Source: Chrysomallon squamiferum
Lineage: Eukaryota; Animalia; Mollusca
Length of the DNA stretch: 64,000 nt
Direction of reading: 5' to 3'
Assembly (NCBI GenBank): GCA_012295275.1
Contig: CM022678.1
Location: forward strand, 7,378,001 to 7,442,000
In this document: one piece after another, positions 15,416 to 29,042 of the stretch
Layout: every line of letters starts with the position of its first letter
How positions within the stretch are numbered: the first letter of the stretch is position 1
Program-made: the position numbers and the translations under genes
Notes under the pieces: generated by a model
The model's database searches: none
What the model saw: the letters and a program-made list of their open reading frames with translations, nothing else
Told to the model about the DNA's origin: nothing

Positions 15416-16683
15416 CAATAAATAAATAACTAAAATAAAGATAAAAAAAAAAAAAAAAACTTCTAAACTATTACACACTTTATCTTCAAAGTATAATAGT
15501 AGTAGCAGTATTACTGGTAGCACTAGCAGTTGTAGTAGCAGTAGTATTGGTAGTAGCAACAGTAGTAATTATAGTTCAGACGTAGTAGTATAGTACTTGT
15601 AGTAAGAACAGCAGTTCTAATAGTGGTAACTTCAACAGTAGTAATACTAGTAGTAATAATAGTAGTAGAAGTAGTAGTAGTAGAAGTAGTAGTAATGGTA
15701 GTAGTAGTAATGGTAGTAGTAGTAGAGGTAGTAGTAGTAGAAGTATTGGTAATGGAGTAGTAGTAGTAGTAGAAGTAGTAGTAATGGTAGTAGTAGTAGT
15801 AGTAGAAGTAGTAGTAATGGTAGTAGTAGCAGTAGTAGTAGTAGCAGAAGTCGTTTTGGTAATATTACTATTAGTAGGCGTACTAGTAGTAGTGGAAGTA
15901 GCAGTTGTGGCAGTGGTAGTAGTACAAGAAATATCAGCTGCAGCAGTAGTAGTAGTTGTAGAAGTAGTTGTATTAATATTAGCAACAGTTGCAGTAATAG
16001 TAGTAGCAGTAATAATAGATATAGGAGTAATAATAGTAATACTAGTAGTAATGGTAGTAGAAGTAGTAATAGTAGTAGAAGTAGTAATAGTAGTAGAAGT
16101 AGTAATAGTAGTAACATTAGAATTAGAAGTAGTGGTAATAATAATTAAAAAATATATATATAAATCTTTTTATTAAATTAGTTCGGAAATGATTCACTGT
16201 AATTTAGAATAACATAAATGTTTTAACAAAACAAATAATAATAATAATAAAAAATTTATATTAGAATCGTTTGATGTCACATAGCTGGAGATATATTACA
16301 CAGACATTTCGGAAGCGAATTTTGAAACCTGGGATTTAAATGTGTTTTGTGTTTTGGGGTTTTTTTCTAAATGTGTAAGCAGACATATATTCTGTGAGAG
16401 TTCACAATGTACTATTAATTTAGTTGTCACCGCCTGGGTTCAGAAGCAGAAAGACATAACGAAAGCCTGGTAAATAATTTACAGAAACACATACACACAA
16501 CTTAAAACACTTTTTCAAATAGCTAATTACGTGAAACGAGATAAATATTTAACATTTTCCTGTGCTGTAGCACAAAGCGTGGTTTGTGATACTTTAACGA
16601 AGTGTGGTTAAAACACTTTTCAAATAGCTATTTACGTGAAATGTGATTTATTATTAAAACGGTCAAATTAAGGTGTTACATAC

Positions 16684-16721
16684 ATTGGCTTCACCTCTTT
16701 CAGATTTCACTGGTATAAATA
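16684..16721 (+). promoter_or_regulatory. Possible core promoter (reverse CCAAT plus TATAAATA) upstream of the PAN-EGF gene
   Basis: ATTGG lies at 16684-16688 and TATAAATA at 16714-16721, and both are preserved in the mirror arm (about 12050-12087). This is motif-only evidence in AT-rich DNA. Confidence 0.2.
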
Positions 16722-17172
16722 CGTTATAGGCTAAACTCGTTTTTTTTTTTTTAGAAAGAAAAATCTACGTAGTGACGAGATGGTTTCTGTGAATTTGACG
16801 CCTGAAAACGTGGAAATTACCGCCGTTCTAGTTTGAGACTTAACACTTGTAATAGCGACTTTTTCAAGTTTTAAGCGACTGTGAAAGAAATCTAAGATTC
16901 ATTCCTTAGGGATCTGTTAATTAATTTCTTTCTTTCTTTTTTTTTTTTTTTTTTTTTATTAAATTAATTAATTAATTTGATTTATTTACTTATTTATTTT
17001 ATTTTATTTATTCTCTTTATTTCATTATTTTTTTATTTTTTTATTTTATTTTTTTTAGTTTAATTTTTTAATTATTTTTTTTATTATTATTAACATCCTA
17101 CAACACAGAGACGCAGCTGAATATCAATTAATCAAACTACAGTTGTTTTTTACACGTGACGTCATCACGCAG

Positions 17173-17462
17173 TGTTTTTACTGATGTTTTGTCTCTCGGT
17201 GGTTTCTCCACAAGAGCGATGCGGGCGGACAGAAATGAAGAGAAAGCTGGTAACCAGAGAAACTCTGAACAGCAGACTGTCTAACATCTACAGCTCTTCA
17301 CCAAACAAAGCACTCGTCGACTGTGCACGACTTTGTGTCTCAGATCTCAGATGCACGGAGATGATTGTCTGTTCGGGCGTCTGTCACCTTATTGGAGTGT
17401 TCAGAACTGAGGAGCCGAACGCAGAGAAATTTGACAATCTGACTTGTGAACTGTTCACTGTT
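17173..17462 (+). CDS. PAN/apple-like + EGF + repeat-domain protein, exon 1 (hydrophobic leader and PAN-like domain)
   Basis: Reads FLLMFCLSVVSPQERC...ALVDCARLCVSDLRCTEMIVCSGVCHL...TCELFTV. The CxxxC-x5-C...C pattern is typical of PAN/apple domains. The donor GTT|gtaagt at 17462/3 is perfect (phase 0). The 5' end is uncertain: either the acceptor 'cgcag' ending 17172 or the ATG at 17184. There is an in-frame TGA at 17157. Confidence 0.72.
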
Positions 17463-17900
17463 GTAAGTGTGATGTGTTTTTTTTTTTTGTTTAACATTCA
17501 ATCTCTTTTATGTTTTAGGATATAATATAATTTACTTTTTCGTAATATATTTACGTTCGCATGTGTGGCTCTATTTTGGTTTGAATATTCTCTTTCTTAT
17601 TTACGTCTGATTACATAAAAAAAAAAAAAAAGTATTTTGGGAGCGCACTGGCAAAAGATCCAATCACGACTTCACAAACCCCGTCAGATGTCGCTGACGA
17701 GACTCGAACGTGTGGCCGTTGATGGATCGCACTTAGTTATTGTACTTTTGTGTCAGTTGTGTTTGTATGTTTATGTACGTCAGTTTAAACTAAGCTAAGG
17801 GGACCAATTTTCAGGCCCCGCTTGCGTACTTGAACCTACGGCAGAAGACAATACAGCTAGACTACCATGTTTTATGTTCAAATAACCTGTGACATATTTA

Positions 17901-17991
<91 letters not shown>

Positions 17992-18076
17992 GTAATCCTA
18001 ACTCTCTGTGTCTCTGTTGCCAATAGATTCTAGCTTATAAGAAGACATACATGGTTTTACACGATATCTTATTTAG

Positions 18077-18170
18077 AATCGGTGTCAGGACAATGGAATT
18101 CCAGATGAAAATGGATACTGCGTCTGTACTCGGGGATATGGCGGACCGTTCTGTGAAACTGCAGTCCATG
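18077..18170 (+). CDS. PAN-EGF-repeat protein, exon 2 (EGF-like domain)
   Basis: The acceptor 'tcttatttag' is followed by NRCQDNGIPDENGYCVCTRGYGGPFCETAVH-G and a 'gtatga' donor. It has the EGF signature CxCxxGYxGxxC. Phase 0 in and phase 1 out fit exons 1 and 3. This exon is not in the ORF track. Confidence 0.85.
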
Positions 18171-18475
18171 GTATGATCAGTTTAAATAAAATAAAATCAG
18201 CTATTTTTTTTAAAAAAATAACGTTTTATTCATCGTAACATTTAGTTTGAAACATTTATAAGTACTGACTGTATAACACTTTCATCTCTGAAATCAAATG
18301 AAAATTTACGTATGTTTGTATATATGTAAATGTTTGTAATATAATGCACGAATGTACACATGTACATGTGTAGTTATGTATGTAGGTAAGTTCGTAGGTA
18401 GATACTAAGATAGGTAGGTATGTGAGTGCGTGAACACAAATACAAAGACATCTACCGATATACCTACCTACCTAC

Positions 18476-18527
<52 letters not shown>

Positions 18528-18682
18528 TACATACCATATACCTAGCGATCAACCTACATATAGATACACACATACATATGTAGAATATTTCAGAAAAAAA
18601 TTATTTTATCGGTTAACGTTAACATTTTTTTTTCATTTCTATTATTTGTGTGTATGTTGTTATTATTATGATTATGATTATG

Positions 18683-18750
<68 letters not shown>

Positions 18751-18779
18751 TACTACTAATATTATTATTTGTCTTACAG

Positions 18780-20188
18780 ATTCATGTTACAATCAGTGGG
18801 AAACAATATACACTTTCAAATCTCCATCTCTGAGAAATCTTTACGAGACTGTAAGAAAAACTTGCCAACCCAAACTGAAAGTTTATTTTGGAAGCAGAAT
18901 TTACGCAGTGGACTTCGCGGGTACCAAGGGACCCCACACTGGCGCTCAGTCGTTGTTTCACGTCAGTAAACAGTCGTGGGACACGTTTGACGCGAACCCA
19001 AAGCGAATTTTCCAGAAGATAACAAACGCCACAGCCCAGTTTCTGATGCCGCTTCCCATGCCTGGTCCAGCAGAAGGTGCTTCCACCGGCGACATTTCAC
19101 CCGTCTGGTTCGCTAAAGATTTCACCAACGGGAAACCTCCGCAGTCTTTCAGCTCGACGAATTTCCAGTCGCTGGCGTCTGAAATCGAACGAGGTTCCGC
19201 CATTACGGGAACGAAGTACGGCTTCGTTGATCGAAAGGCGCAAAGGATAAGTGCAGACTTGTCTCCTTATTTAGAGGACAGGTTCGAGCACAAATACAGC
19301 ACGATTATCAGTCCTCCGAGGTGGTTTTTGAACAGAATTGTCAGCAGCGGTTCGCGCTATACAATCCTGTCTGAGATTCTCTCTGACCTGTATGGCTTTT
19401 ATTCTAAGCACAGCAATCCCATCTCCTACTGCACTGACGACTGCTGGGTCAAGGTGTTTGCAAACGACGAAGCCGGACACACGCTTCACGGTTCTGTGGA
19501 CTCTTTAGCTCGGGCCGTGCTGAGTGGTCACCAGGTCAAAGTGTTGGTGGCTGGATTATCTGCACCCGCGAAATCTGTGCACGTCTGCAGACAGAGCGTC
19601 TCTGTTTGCACTGACGATCTCATGGAACCCATCGGCGTGGAACGCATTGGCGAAAATCGCGGGACGCAAAAGAAGATTTTGTCTTCGAATGGACGAGTTT
19701 TAACGCGACGCTATAAATTCGAAACGGCGACTGTTTTCGAAGACTCGGAAGAGCAACAGCAAGTAGACTGGTTTGTGGACACGCGCGAGTGGATCAAAGT
19801 TTTGTGCGTGAAACACGGCGGAGAGATACAGAGTGGATCGGTGACAGAACTGAAAGAGATGGCTGTAAACGGTGCCTCAGTCCGCGTTGTCGTCGAATAC
19901 TCTAATGGCGAGTTTGAAATTTTTGACGCCGATCATTTGCAGTTGTCCATGGATGCCAACGTAGCCGCTGATGATGTCCACCTAGCAGCTGATGCTGTCT
20001 ACCACGCCAACACTAAGACTGATGAAAAGTACGGCAAATCGTTTGTGGCGGACACGCTGCATCACGTGTGGTCAGCTGTGGTCAGCACGGAAGGTAAACT
20101 GGAGAAGGTTTTTTACACGTACAGGAGAAGTGCAGTGAAACACGAAGTCGTCAATCACTTCAGATGCTCCTGGTTCGTTCAGAAGTGA
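18780..20188 (+). CDS. PAN-EGF-repeat protein, exon 3 (large terminal exon with four degenerate ~110-aa repeats)
   Basis: The acceptor 'gtcttacag' ends at 18779 (phase 1). A 1409-nt non-repetitive, GC-richer open frame DSCYNQWETIY...CSWFVQK* follows. Internal repeats are visible, e.g. WVKVFANDEAGHTLHGSVDSLARAVLSGHQVKV...WFVD versus WIKVLCVKHGGEIQSGSVTELKEMAVNGASVRV...WFVQ. Confidence 0.9.
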
Positions 20189-20483
20189 AACACGAAGTCG
20201 TCAATCACGTCAGATGCTCCTGGTTCGTTCAGAAGTGAAACACGAAGTCCTCAATCACGTCAGATGCTCCTGGTTCGTTCAGAAGTGAAACACGAAGTCG
20301 TCAGTCACGTCAGATGCTCCTGGTTCGTTCAGAAGTGAAACACGAAGTCCTCAATCACGTCAGATGCTCCTGGTTCGTTCAGAAGTGAAACACGAAGTCG
20401 TCAGTCACGTCAGATGCTCCTGGTTCGTTCAGAAGTGAAACACGAAGTCCTCAATCACGTCAGATGTTCCTGGTTCGTTCAGA
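20134..20483 (+). repeat. 50-bp tandem repeat x7 overlapping the end of the CDS
   Basis: The unit agtgaaacacgaagtc(g/c)tca(a/g)tcac(t/g)tcagatgctcctggttcgttcaga repeats with an exact period of 50 and no spacers. Confidence 0.98.
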
Positions 20484-20757
20484 ACTGACTCGCAACTGAG
20501 TAAAAAGACGTCAGTTACAAATTGTAACAGTTTTGATGAAATGGTCGCTACAGATTTTTCTTACTTTTTGCATTCCATAGATTTCATCGTAGCTCGCTCA
20601 TTTGATTTATGATTTGAATTAATACAGTTTAAAAGCAATCTCTTTATTATTATTATTATTATTATGACTATTCTTATTGTTGTTGTTGTTGTTATTATTG
20701 TTTTCACTGTTATTATTTTTACTATTGATATAGATATATTATTATTATTATTATTAT

Positions 20758-20792
<35 letters not shown>

Positions 20793-21661
20793 CTAGTAGT
20801 AGTATCTTCTTGTTCAACTTTAGTGTTTATCTATTTTGTTGTAGTACTGTTTATACCCTTAAAATGCGTCATTTATTATCGTATTCGAAATCGGATCAGT
20901 CTGTACAGAGTTAGCAGCTTAGTGATTCACCACACGCAAGAAATTTGACATGACCTTCCGCTGAATCCACCGACAGCTCAAACCATATGCAAATTACAGA
21001 GGTCAGCAGAGACCAGAAATCATAATAAACATTTATAGATAAAGATAAGAAACATAAAAGACAAGTTTTCAAAGAACATTTTTTAAATTTTTTGCTTTCT
21101 TGTCCCGGGAGAGGGGCAAGATGTTTACGACCGTGGGGCAGAAGGCGCGGCACTTACAAAAGAAGAAAAAAGAAGATAAAAATAAAAATCACATCAACGT
21201 TTTATGTGAACTGCTTAAAAAGAATTAAAAGCAGATTATTTAGTTACATTGACTTTACTGCGAGCAAAAAAATTGCACCGTGAAGAGTTCTAATCAAACG
21301 AAGTATTTAAAATAAAAATATTTTTATATTTAACAACTTTTAAACTGCACCTTTTTGCTACACTGTGACTGATTACAACCAAAACTCGTTAATCAACGCT
21401 TCCATCAAGATTAATTAATTAAGAATGAATAATGAAACTTACATCAGTAAACTGGAAATATGTTAACACACAACCAAAACAGGTAATTATATAATAATAA
21501 ATAATTATACATAGATCGATAGACTTAAAATATTGTAACATTATAACTGACATAATCAAGGCGTCTTAATTAATGCTTTCAATGAGCTAATTTCAAAATT
21601 AAGAATAACTAATGATAAATTCATCAGCAGAGACTAACATGAACTACTTCTACGGCCACTA

Positions 21662-21713
<52 letters not shown>

Positions 21714-21816
21714 GCTACTATTACTACTATTATTTCTGACTGAACATTAAATGTTTTAACAAATACCAAAAACATTTATTACACTGTCATACAACCAGAT
21801 TTAAGCGGAGGGTTTG

Positions 21817-22225
21817 TATAATCACAATCAGTTTTAATTAAACTGAGCGCACTTACTGTAATGAATTATTTGTATGTCAGCATCTCTTTTCATGTTGGAT
21901 TTTAGGGATTTTATTTTATAATCACAATCAGTTTTAATTAAACTGAGCGCACTTACTGTAATGAATAAATATTTGTATGTCAGCATCTCTTTTCATGTTG
22001 CATTTTAGATGTCTTTTTAGATTTGATTTTATAAGTGCAGTTTTATATATTTCTTGTCAGTTTGTAGTTTCGATGTGAATTGCGATATTTAAATTGTGCT
22101 TGATTTGTTTTAATTTACATTGATTTTATTTTATCAGTGCAGTTTTATATATTTCTTGTCAGTTTGTAGTTTCGATGTGAACTGCGATATTTAAATTGTG
22201 CTTGATTTGTTTTAATGAATTACAT
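21817..22225. repeat. Two adjacent ~100-bp tandem duplications within the right arm
   Basis: 'tataatcacaatcagttttaattaaactgagcgcacttactgtaatgaat' occurs twice (about 21817 and 21917). 'agtgcagttttatatatttcttgtcagtttgtagtttcgatgtgaa' also occurs twice (about 22034 and 22136). Confidence 0.9.
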
Positions 22226-22226
22226 A

Positions 22227-22308
<82 letters not shown>

Positions 22309-22917
22309 TGTCCATCTACCTATCTATCTATCTATCTAACGACATAAATATATATATTTATATATTATTTATTCTTATCCCATGTATCTAATTAGTTAAT
22401 TGAATTAAACCAGTACAGAAATATAATTAAATAATATTCAGTTTATACATATTTAATTAATTTATAATATGTCTTAACAATGTCAGATACCCGAGCGGTA
22501 TTTCGATACAGAAATGTAATTAAATAATATTACATTTTAATTTACATACTGATAATTTTATTTATGCATTAAAATGTAGGTAACTGCTTTAGCACACTGA
22601 ATAAAGAATTGCACTCAACACCTCTATCTTTTTTTTTTTTTAAATTATTATTTTAACTTTAACTCGCTTGGCTCCCAAACTATGTCATCCAAGAAATGTA
22701 GTCAAAGGAAAAAAATAAGAACAATAACGAGACCAAGAAAACCCATCAGTTGTCCCAACGGTACAAATGGATAACACAAACAGTAACATCTTACCATCTT
22801 TTACTTTAAAACAGTTTCAAAAGTATGTGTCTCCATTGTTTGCCTTTTTGTCTTTCGCTAGCTTTGTTCTTTACCTCAATGGATATGTTTGGCTTTGTAT
22901 ATCTATCAGTATATAAC

Positions 22918-23023
<106 letters not shown>

Positions 23024-23267
23024 TATTACTACAAAATCTGCTCCCACTGTTACTATACTAATAATACTCTAATTTCAGGTATTACTGTTATTATTACCAC
23101 ATCGTCTTCTACTATTATTAATACGTCTTCTACTAATATTATTACCACTACAACAATAACAAGAACAACAACTACTACTACTCCTGCTACTTCTACTACT
23201 ACCACCACAACCCGCACCGCAACGTCCACTATCATATAACTAATACATATTATATTTCTGCATCTAT

Positions 23268-23331
<64 letters not shown>

Positions 23332-23332
23332 G

Positions 23333-23440
<108 letters not shown>

Positions 23441-23446
23441 CTACTC

Positions 23447-23488
<42 letters not shown>

Positions 23489-24076
23489 CTACTGCTACTA
23501 CTACTACTACTATTGCTACTCTTGTTACCAAGATAATCAGTTACTACATTATTAAGTTACTGAACCTCTCTTTCTTCTCTACAACTAGTAACACATTGAA
23601 TGCTGCTCTTATTTTTAATAAATATGTGATTTTTTATCTTTGTTCGATATAGAGGATTACAAAGTAGCTAGGTAAAAAAAAAAAATAGAAAAATAAAAAA
23701 TAATATCTGATGTGCACTTATTAATCATCCTGACTTCAAAGATTAAGTAACGTAAAAAGACAGTTTTACAGAATTTTTTTTTTTTTTTTTTTTAAATACC
23801 AAGTCGATAACTTCGTGCACAAAGACACGAAAAGCAAATCAATAAAGAAAACGTATATTATTAAATAAAATAAAATAAATAAATAAATGAATAAATGGGT
23901 TGGTAGCTAGTACATGTTTATTCAATATCATTTTGAATATTTTAGATGTTTTGTTTTAGTTGTTTATTTATTTATTTATTTTTATTTATTTATTTATTTA
24001 TTATTATTATTATTTTATTTTTATTTTTATTTTTATTATTAACACATTATGCCGACTATTGTTTTTGCTAATAAAC

Positions 24077-24119
<43 letters not shown>

Positions 24120-24823
24120 GCAGTTGCATTTATTTATTTATTTCACCTTTTTTTTTTTTTTTTTTTTTTCTTTTTCTTTTTTGTTAGTTTATTTACAATA
24201 CTCAGATTCGTCATTTTCCGTCAAATTTAAAATATTTTACGACGTACGAGCAAATGACGTCAATAATGTTTTGACGTCATTTGTTGCTTGGAAGTTGGAA
24301 TAGCTGATTTCGTAATTCGAAGTCAAAGATAAGAATTTTTTTCTTAAATAATTAATCATTTTCATCCAGTAATTTAAATATTTTACATCATGATATCAAG
24401 TAATGTATTATTATTATTATTATTATTTCTTTACATATGTATCTATGTATTTGTGTGTGGCCTTGTTTGTGTGCTTGTTTGATGTAATGACCATTACGAT
24501 AAGAAAACAAAACAAAACAAAAACAAAATGTTTTAATGAATATGCATAGATTTATTTTCTATACAACATTTCAAAGTACAAACAGTGTTAGAAAAATTAC
24601 TGTTATGTTTATTTACATATATTCATTATAATCAACAGAATAATTTTTTCTTAAATCTATCTTGGTGCAAATGCATAAAAGTTTAAATCACAATCTAATA
24701 AGTACTCTTAAAGCTTATTTTATGTTTCTTTACTCTGAAACAAAGTAAATTAATTAATTAATTAATTAATTAATTAACTACAATAAAATAAAAACAAATT
24801 AAAAATATATATATAAAAAATAG

Positions 24824-25097
24824 AAACTAAAATAAATTTAAAAATTAAAACGAAATTAATGAAAAATTAAATAAAAATTAAAACTAAAATTAATTTAAAA
24901 ATTAAAACGAAATTAATGAAAAAAAATAAATAAACCCTTTAAAACTAAAATTAATTTAAAAATTAAATAGAAACTAATGAAAAATTAAATAAAACTTAAA
25001 ACTAAAATTAATTTAAAAATTAAAACGAAATTAATGAAAAAAAAAAAAATAAACCCTTTAAAACTAAAATTAATTTAAAAACTAAATGAAAACTAAA
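24824..25097. repeat. AT-rich ~57-64 bp tandem repeat, about 4-5 copies
   Basis: aaactaaaattaatttaaaaattaaaacgaaattaatgaaaaa recurs in tandem. Confidence 0.85.
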
Positions 25098-26067
25098 CAA
25101 CAATTCATCATGTAGTTACCTCACACACATGCAGTTACGTTCTAAATAAAATCAAAAAAAAAAAAAAAAATCTGAACTATGAAAATATAACCGACATTTC
25201 ATTTATATTTTAATTTTATAACTTTACCGCGGGCGTGAGTCAATGTAACAACATGTGTATCGTAGTAGTCTAACGATGATGTCGTGGTTGATGATGCAGA
25301 AGAAATAATTTAAATAACAAAGGTTGTGTTGGTTCCGATACATACATCTAAACCTATCAGTATTAGAAACTCGAATGGCTGTTTCTCTGTCATACCATGG
25401 AATTATAATTAGTGTGTTGTTGCCAGTAGTGATGATGTTTATAGTGTGCTTGTCACCGATATTATTATTTTTTACATTTATTTATATGGTGGTTCTGATG
25501 GTGTTCATTTTATTGTCAGTTTTGTTGTAGATATTGAACATTCTGTACATCTAGATTGTGAATGTATCTGTGTGTATGTGTGTGTATGTGTATATATATT
25601 CATAATATAGTTATATACAAATACACTATATATATATATATACACATACATACACACACACACACACATATATATACATGTAAATTATTAACAGTCTGCT
25701 TTTGTCTGTCTGTGTGTATGTGTGCGTGTATGTAAAACAAGCCTTATTCAGAAAAGAAGAAAGAAGAAGAAGAAGAAAATTATCGAGATTGTAAAAATTT
25801 CTAAGATGAGTTTTTAATCAAATCTGGATGTTAGTGTAACGAGTTAATCCTTTTTACGTGATTTATTCTATTTCCTCTACTCTAATCAATGCTGAGAATA
25901 TCACAGGTAATCTTTTTGCTGTCGCTGATTGCTTGTTTGTGTGTGTGTCAGAGTCTTTGTGTATACATATACATATACATATACATATATATACATACAT
26001 ATATATGTGTGTGTGTGTGTACGTATGTATATATGTGTGTATATATATGTGTGTGTGTACGTATGTG

Positions 26068-26098
<31 letters not shown>

Positions 26099-26140
26099 TT
26101 ATATATATATATACAGAGAGACAAAACGATTTTTGATATT

Positions 26141-26186
<46 letters not shown>

Positions 26187-26302
26187 GTTTCAAACTATGT
26201 ACGGATGTACATGGCTATGAATATATGTGTGTTTGTATCTAAGTACGTGTCTGTCTATGTTTATGTCTATATGAGTGCTTTTATGCATATACAGACTCTC
26301 TA

Positions 26303-26335
<33 letters not shown>

Positions 26336-26503
26336 CACACAATACAGAATAATTTCGAGCCAGCGTGGATGTGACATGTAGTGATGACAATATTAATCAG
26401 TCTGATTGTTTCATGTGGACACAGCTGCAATTCGATATCAGCGAGATGAGAAACTGAAAGTATTTCCTGTTAATCAATTACTTTCATTATACGTAAAACA
26501 TAA

Positions 26504-26680
<177 letters not shown>

Positions 26681-27100
26681 CCCCCTCTCTCTCTCTCTCC
26701 TCTCTCATCTCTCTCTCTCTCATCTCTCTCTTTCTCTCTCTCATATCTCTTTATATATCACGATCGACTAACCTATTCTGTTTTTTTCTCTCTCTCGTCT
26801 TCAAGTCTTTAAACGATATTTTATTTTTGGCCTTGGTTTCGGTTCAGCCGTATCTCCTCACGCAGCTAATGTGGCTTAGAGATCCGCACAAAGGAATGAA
26901 TTAGCGTTGTTACGATAACGTTTTCCCATCAGAACCAGCAACAACGCGTAAACATGTCCATTGATTTCTGTCTGTTATCTGCGACTGATACTTCTAGCAG
27001 GGGAAATCGCTTACAGAAAACACATCTTCGTTTTCAAACTAACATGCGGTCGACGGAGAAAACACGTTTTTGCGAGGAACAAATGTCTTGATGAAACACT

Positions 27101-27140
<40 letters not shown>

Positions 27141-28163
27141 GGATATAAAGCGTAAATCAGAAAGCTGGATAAACCATAGTGTTGGTAGTTTGGCATTGTT
27201 ATTTATTTATTTATTTATTATTATTATTTTTTATTTGTTTTGTTAATGGCATCTCTAGTTAAAAAACAGTTAATTAGTCCATCAGAATCGAGTTCCAGTG
27301 CTGTAGTTCGCGGGATCGAATCTGAGTATCAGCGTTTTCCCAGAGGTTTTTTTTTTTTTATAATTCGGCTCACAGAATCACCTTTAAGTGCACTTAATTA
27401 TCTGTCTCTTCATCACTCGACTCTGCTGTGCTTTAGTAACAGAAATCCAAAGAGTGAGAGAATCCAGGATCAATTCTCCTTGCAGGCAGTCATTGGGTAA
27501 TATCACGGTTCAGCTAATATCATAAGACTGATAAGTAAAACCATGTAATTTTTTTTTTTTTTTTTTTAGGCGTTTTGTGTGTGTGTGTGTGTGTGTGTTA
27601 TCACAGTGCACAGAGAGAGAAAAAAAAAGACCTCCATTGCTACAAAAGGTTATTTTTGGTAATAATTAAGATTATTATGACGTATCTAAACCTTATAACA
27701 TAACCCTTCTTAGATAGTTCAGTCAAAGCGAGAGGTATTGGTCAAAATGATCACAGAGTGATTGAAGATGACGTAATCCACAGCTTATGAAGAGATGATT
27801 ATGTAGAGAATTGAAAACTTTGATTTTTCTAGGAAGTTGAAAAATGGAGTTATCATTTGTAAATATTCAGTATATAACAAGTCTATAGCGTACACAGTAG
27901 TGAAGATTAAAACCACGATTGATAAAGATAATGATTTTATAGTTCATTGTAAAATCTCTAACTTTGATTTCTTAGGAAGATGAAACAAAAATAATAATAA
28001 GGTAAAATATACTGGATACAGTTTAAGAATTGAGTGTTCCTCTGTAATTGACTCGAGTGGCTCAGATATTTATAATTTTACAGGTTTATTATTTTAAAAT
28101 AACGTCACAGGTCTTAATGTATCTGTATATACGTGCGTGGTGTGTGTTGGCAATAATAATAAT

Positions 28164-28224
<61 letters not shown>

Positions 28225-29006
28225 CTCCATGAAAAAAAAAGGCATCTATGAATTTAAACACACATTCAGTCAATACCGTAACATTACGCTGAACAGACAT
28301 TACAAAGGCATCTGACAACCGTTTTGAAAACATCATTAAATACTAATATTCAGTCTTTTGAAAACATTCCTCGCAAAAATTTCTCAGTCATCGTATTAAA
28401 AAAAAAACATTCGTCAGAAACAAACCTTTCACTTTTTGCCATGAACTCGTCTTTTGTGTCCGCATCTTTTTGTATCAACCAGCCAGCTACTAATTTCTTA
28501 TTTTCTTAATTAAATCCGAAATAAGCATTTTAACTTTCCTTTTCATTTCCAGTCCTCGTGGATAGTCGTTAAAAAAAAAAAAAAAAAATCACATCAGCAT
28601 AGAAACCTAAGCTTTGGGTTTTTTGTCGAGATGAAGGTTGAAAAAAGATCAGAGCATATTTGTTACACATCTCTTTCGAGAAAGTGGTGTGTTGTGTATT
28701 AGCAGACACCAAGGAGAATTCGTGTGACTATTATTATCGAGTTTGTGTAATGATGTTGTTGTTGTTTTTTTGTTAATAAATGTTTGAATTGTAGCAGGTG
28801 CTTGAATTAAAGTTAATAAAAAAAACAAAAAATAAAAAATAAAAAAAAAATGCAATAGATAATGGATTTCTTCTATTCCAACTGCTAACAGCACGATGAT
28901 GAACTGATTTCAGTTCCGAAGAAAAATCAAAGTCAAATGGGTTTTTTTTTACAAATCGATTAAACAAGTTTTTATTTTATTTTATTTCATTTCATTTCAA
29001 TTCAAT

Positions 29007-29042
<36 letters not shown>

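Noticed and set aside
18650-18779. Poly-Ile N-terminus of the 512-aa ORF as a signal or TM segment
   Set aside because: It is intronic (ATT)n upstream of the acceptor ending at 18779.
20134-20483. Regular short repeats next to a gene as a CRISPR array
   Set aside because: The units are head-to-tail with no unique spacers and derive from the CDS end. There are no cas genes and the context is eukaryotic.
17163-20507. Gene block as a retrocopy or an autonomous transposon
   Set aside because: It retains two GT-AG introns and has only a 5-A run at its 3' end. I see no terminal inverted repeats and no transposase or RT motifs.
27270-27345. tRNA gene suggested by GGGATCGAATC
   Set aside because: No acceptor stem or cloverleaf could be built, so at most it is a decayed B-box-like motif.
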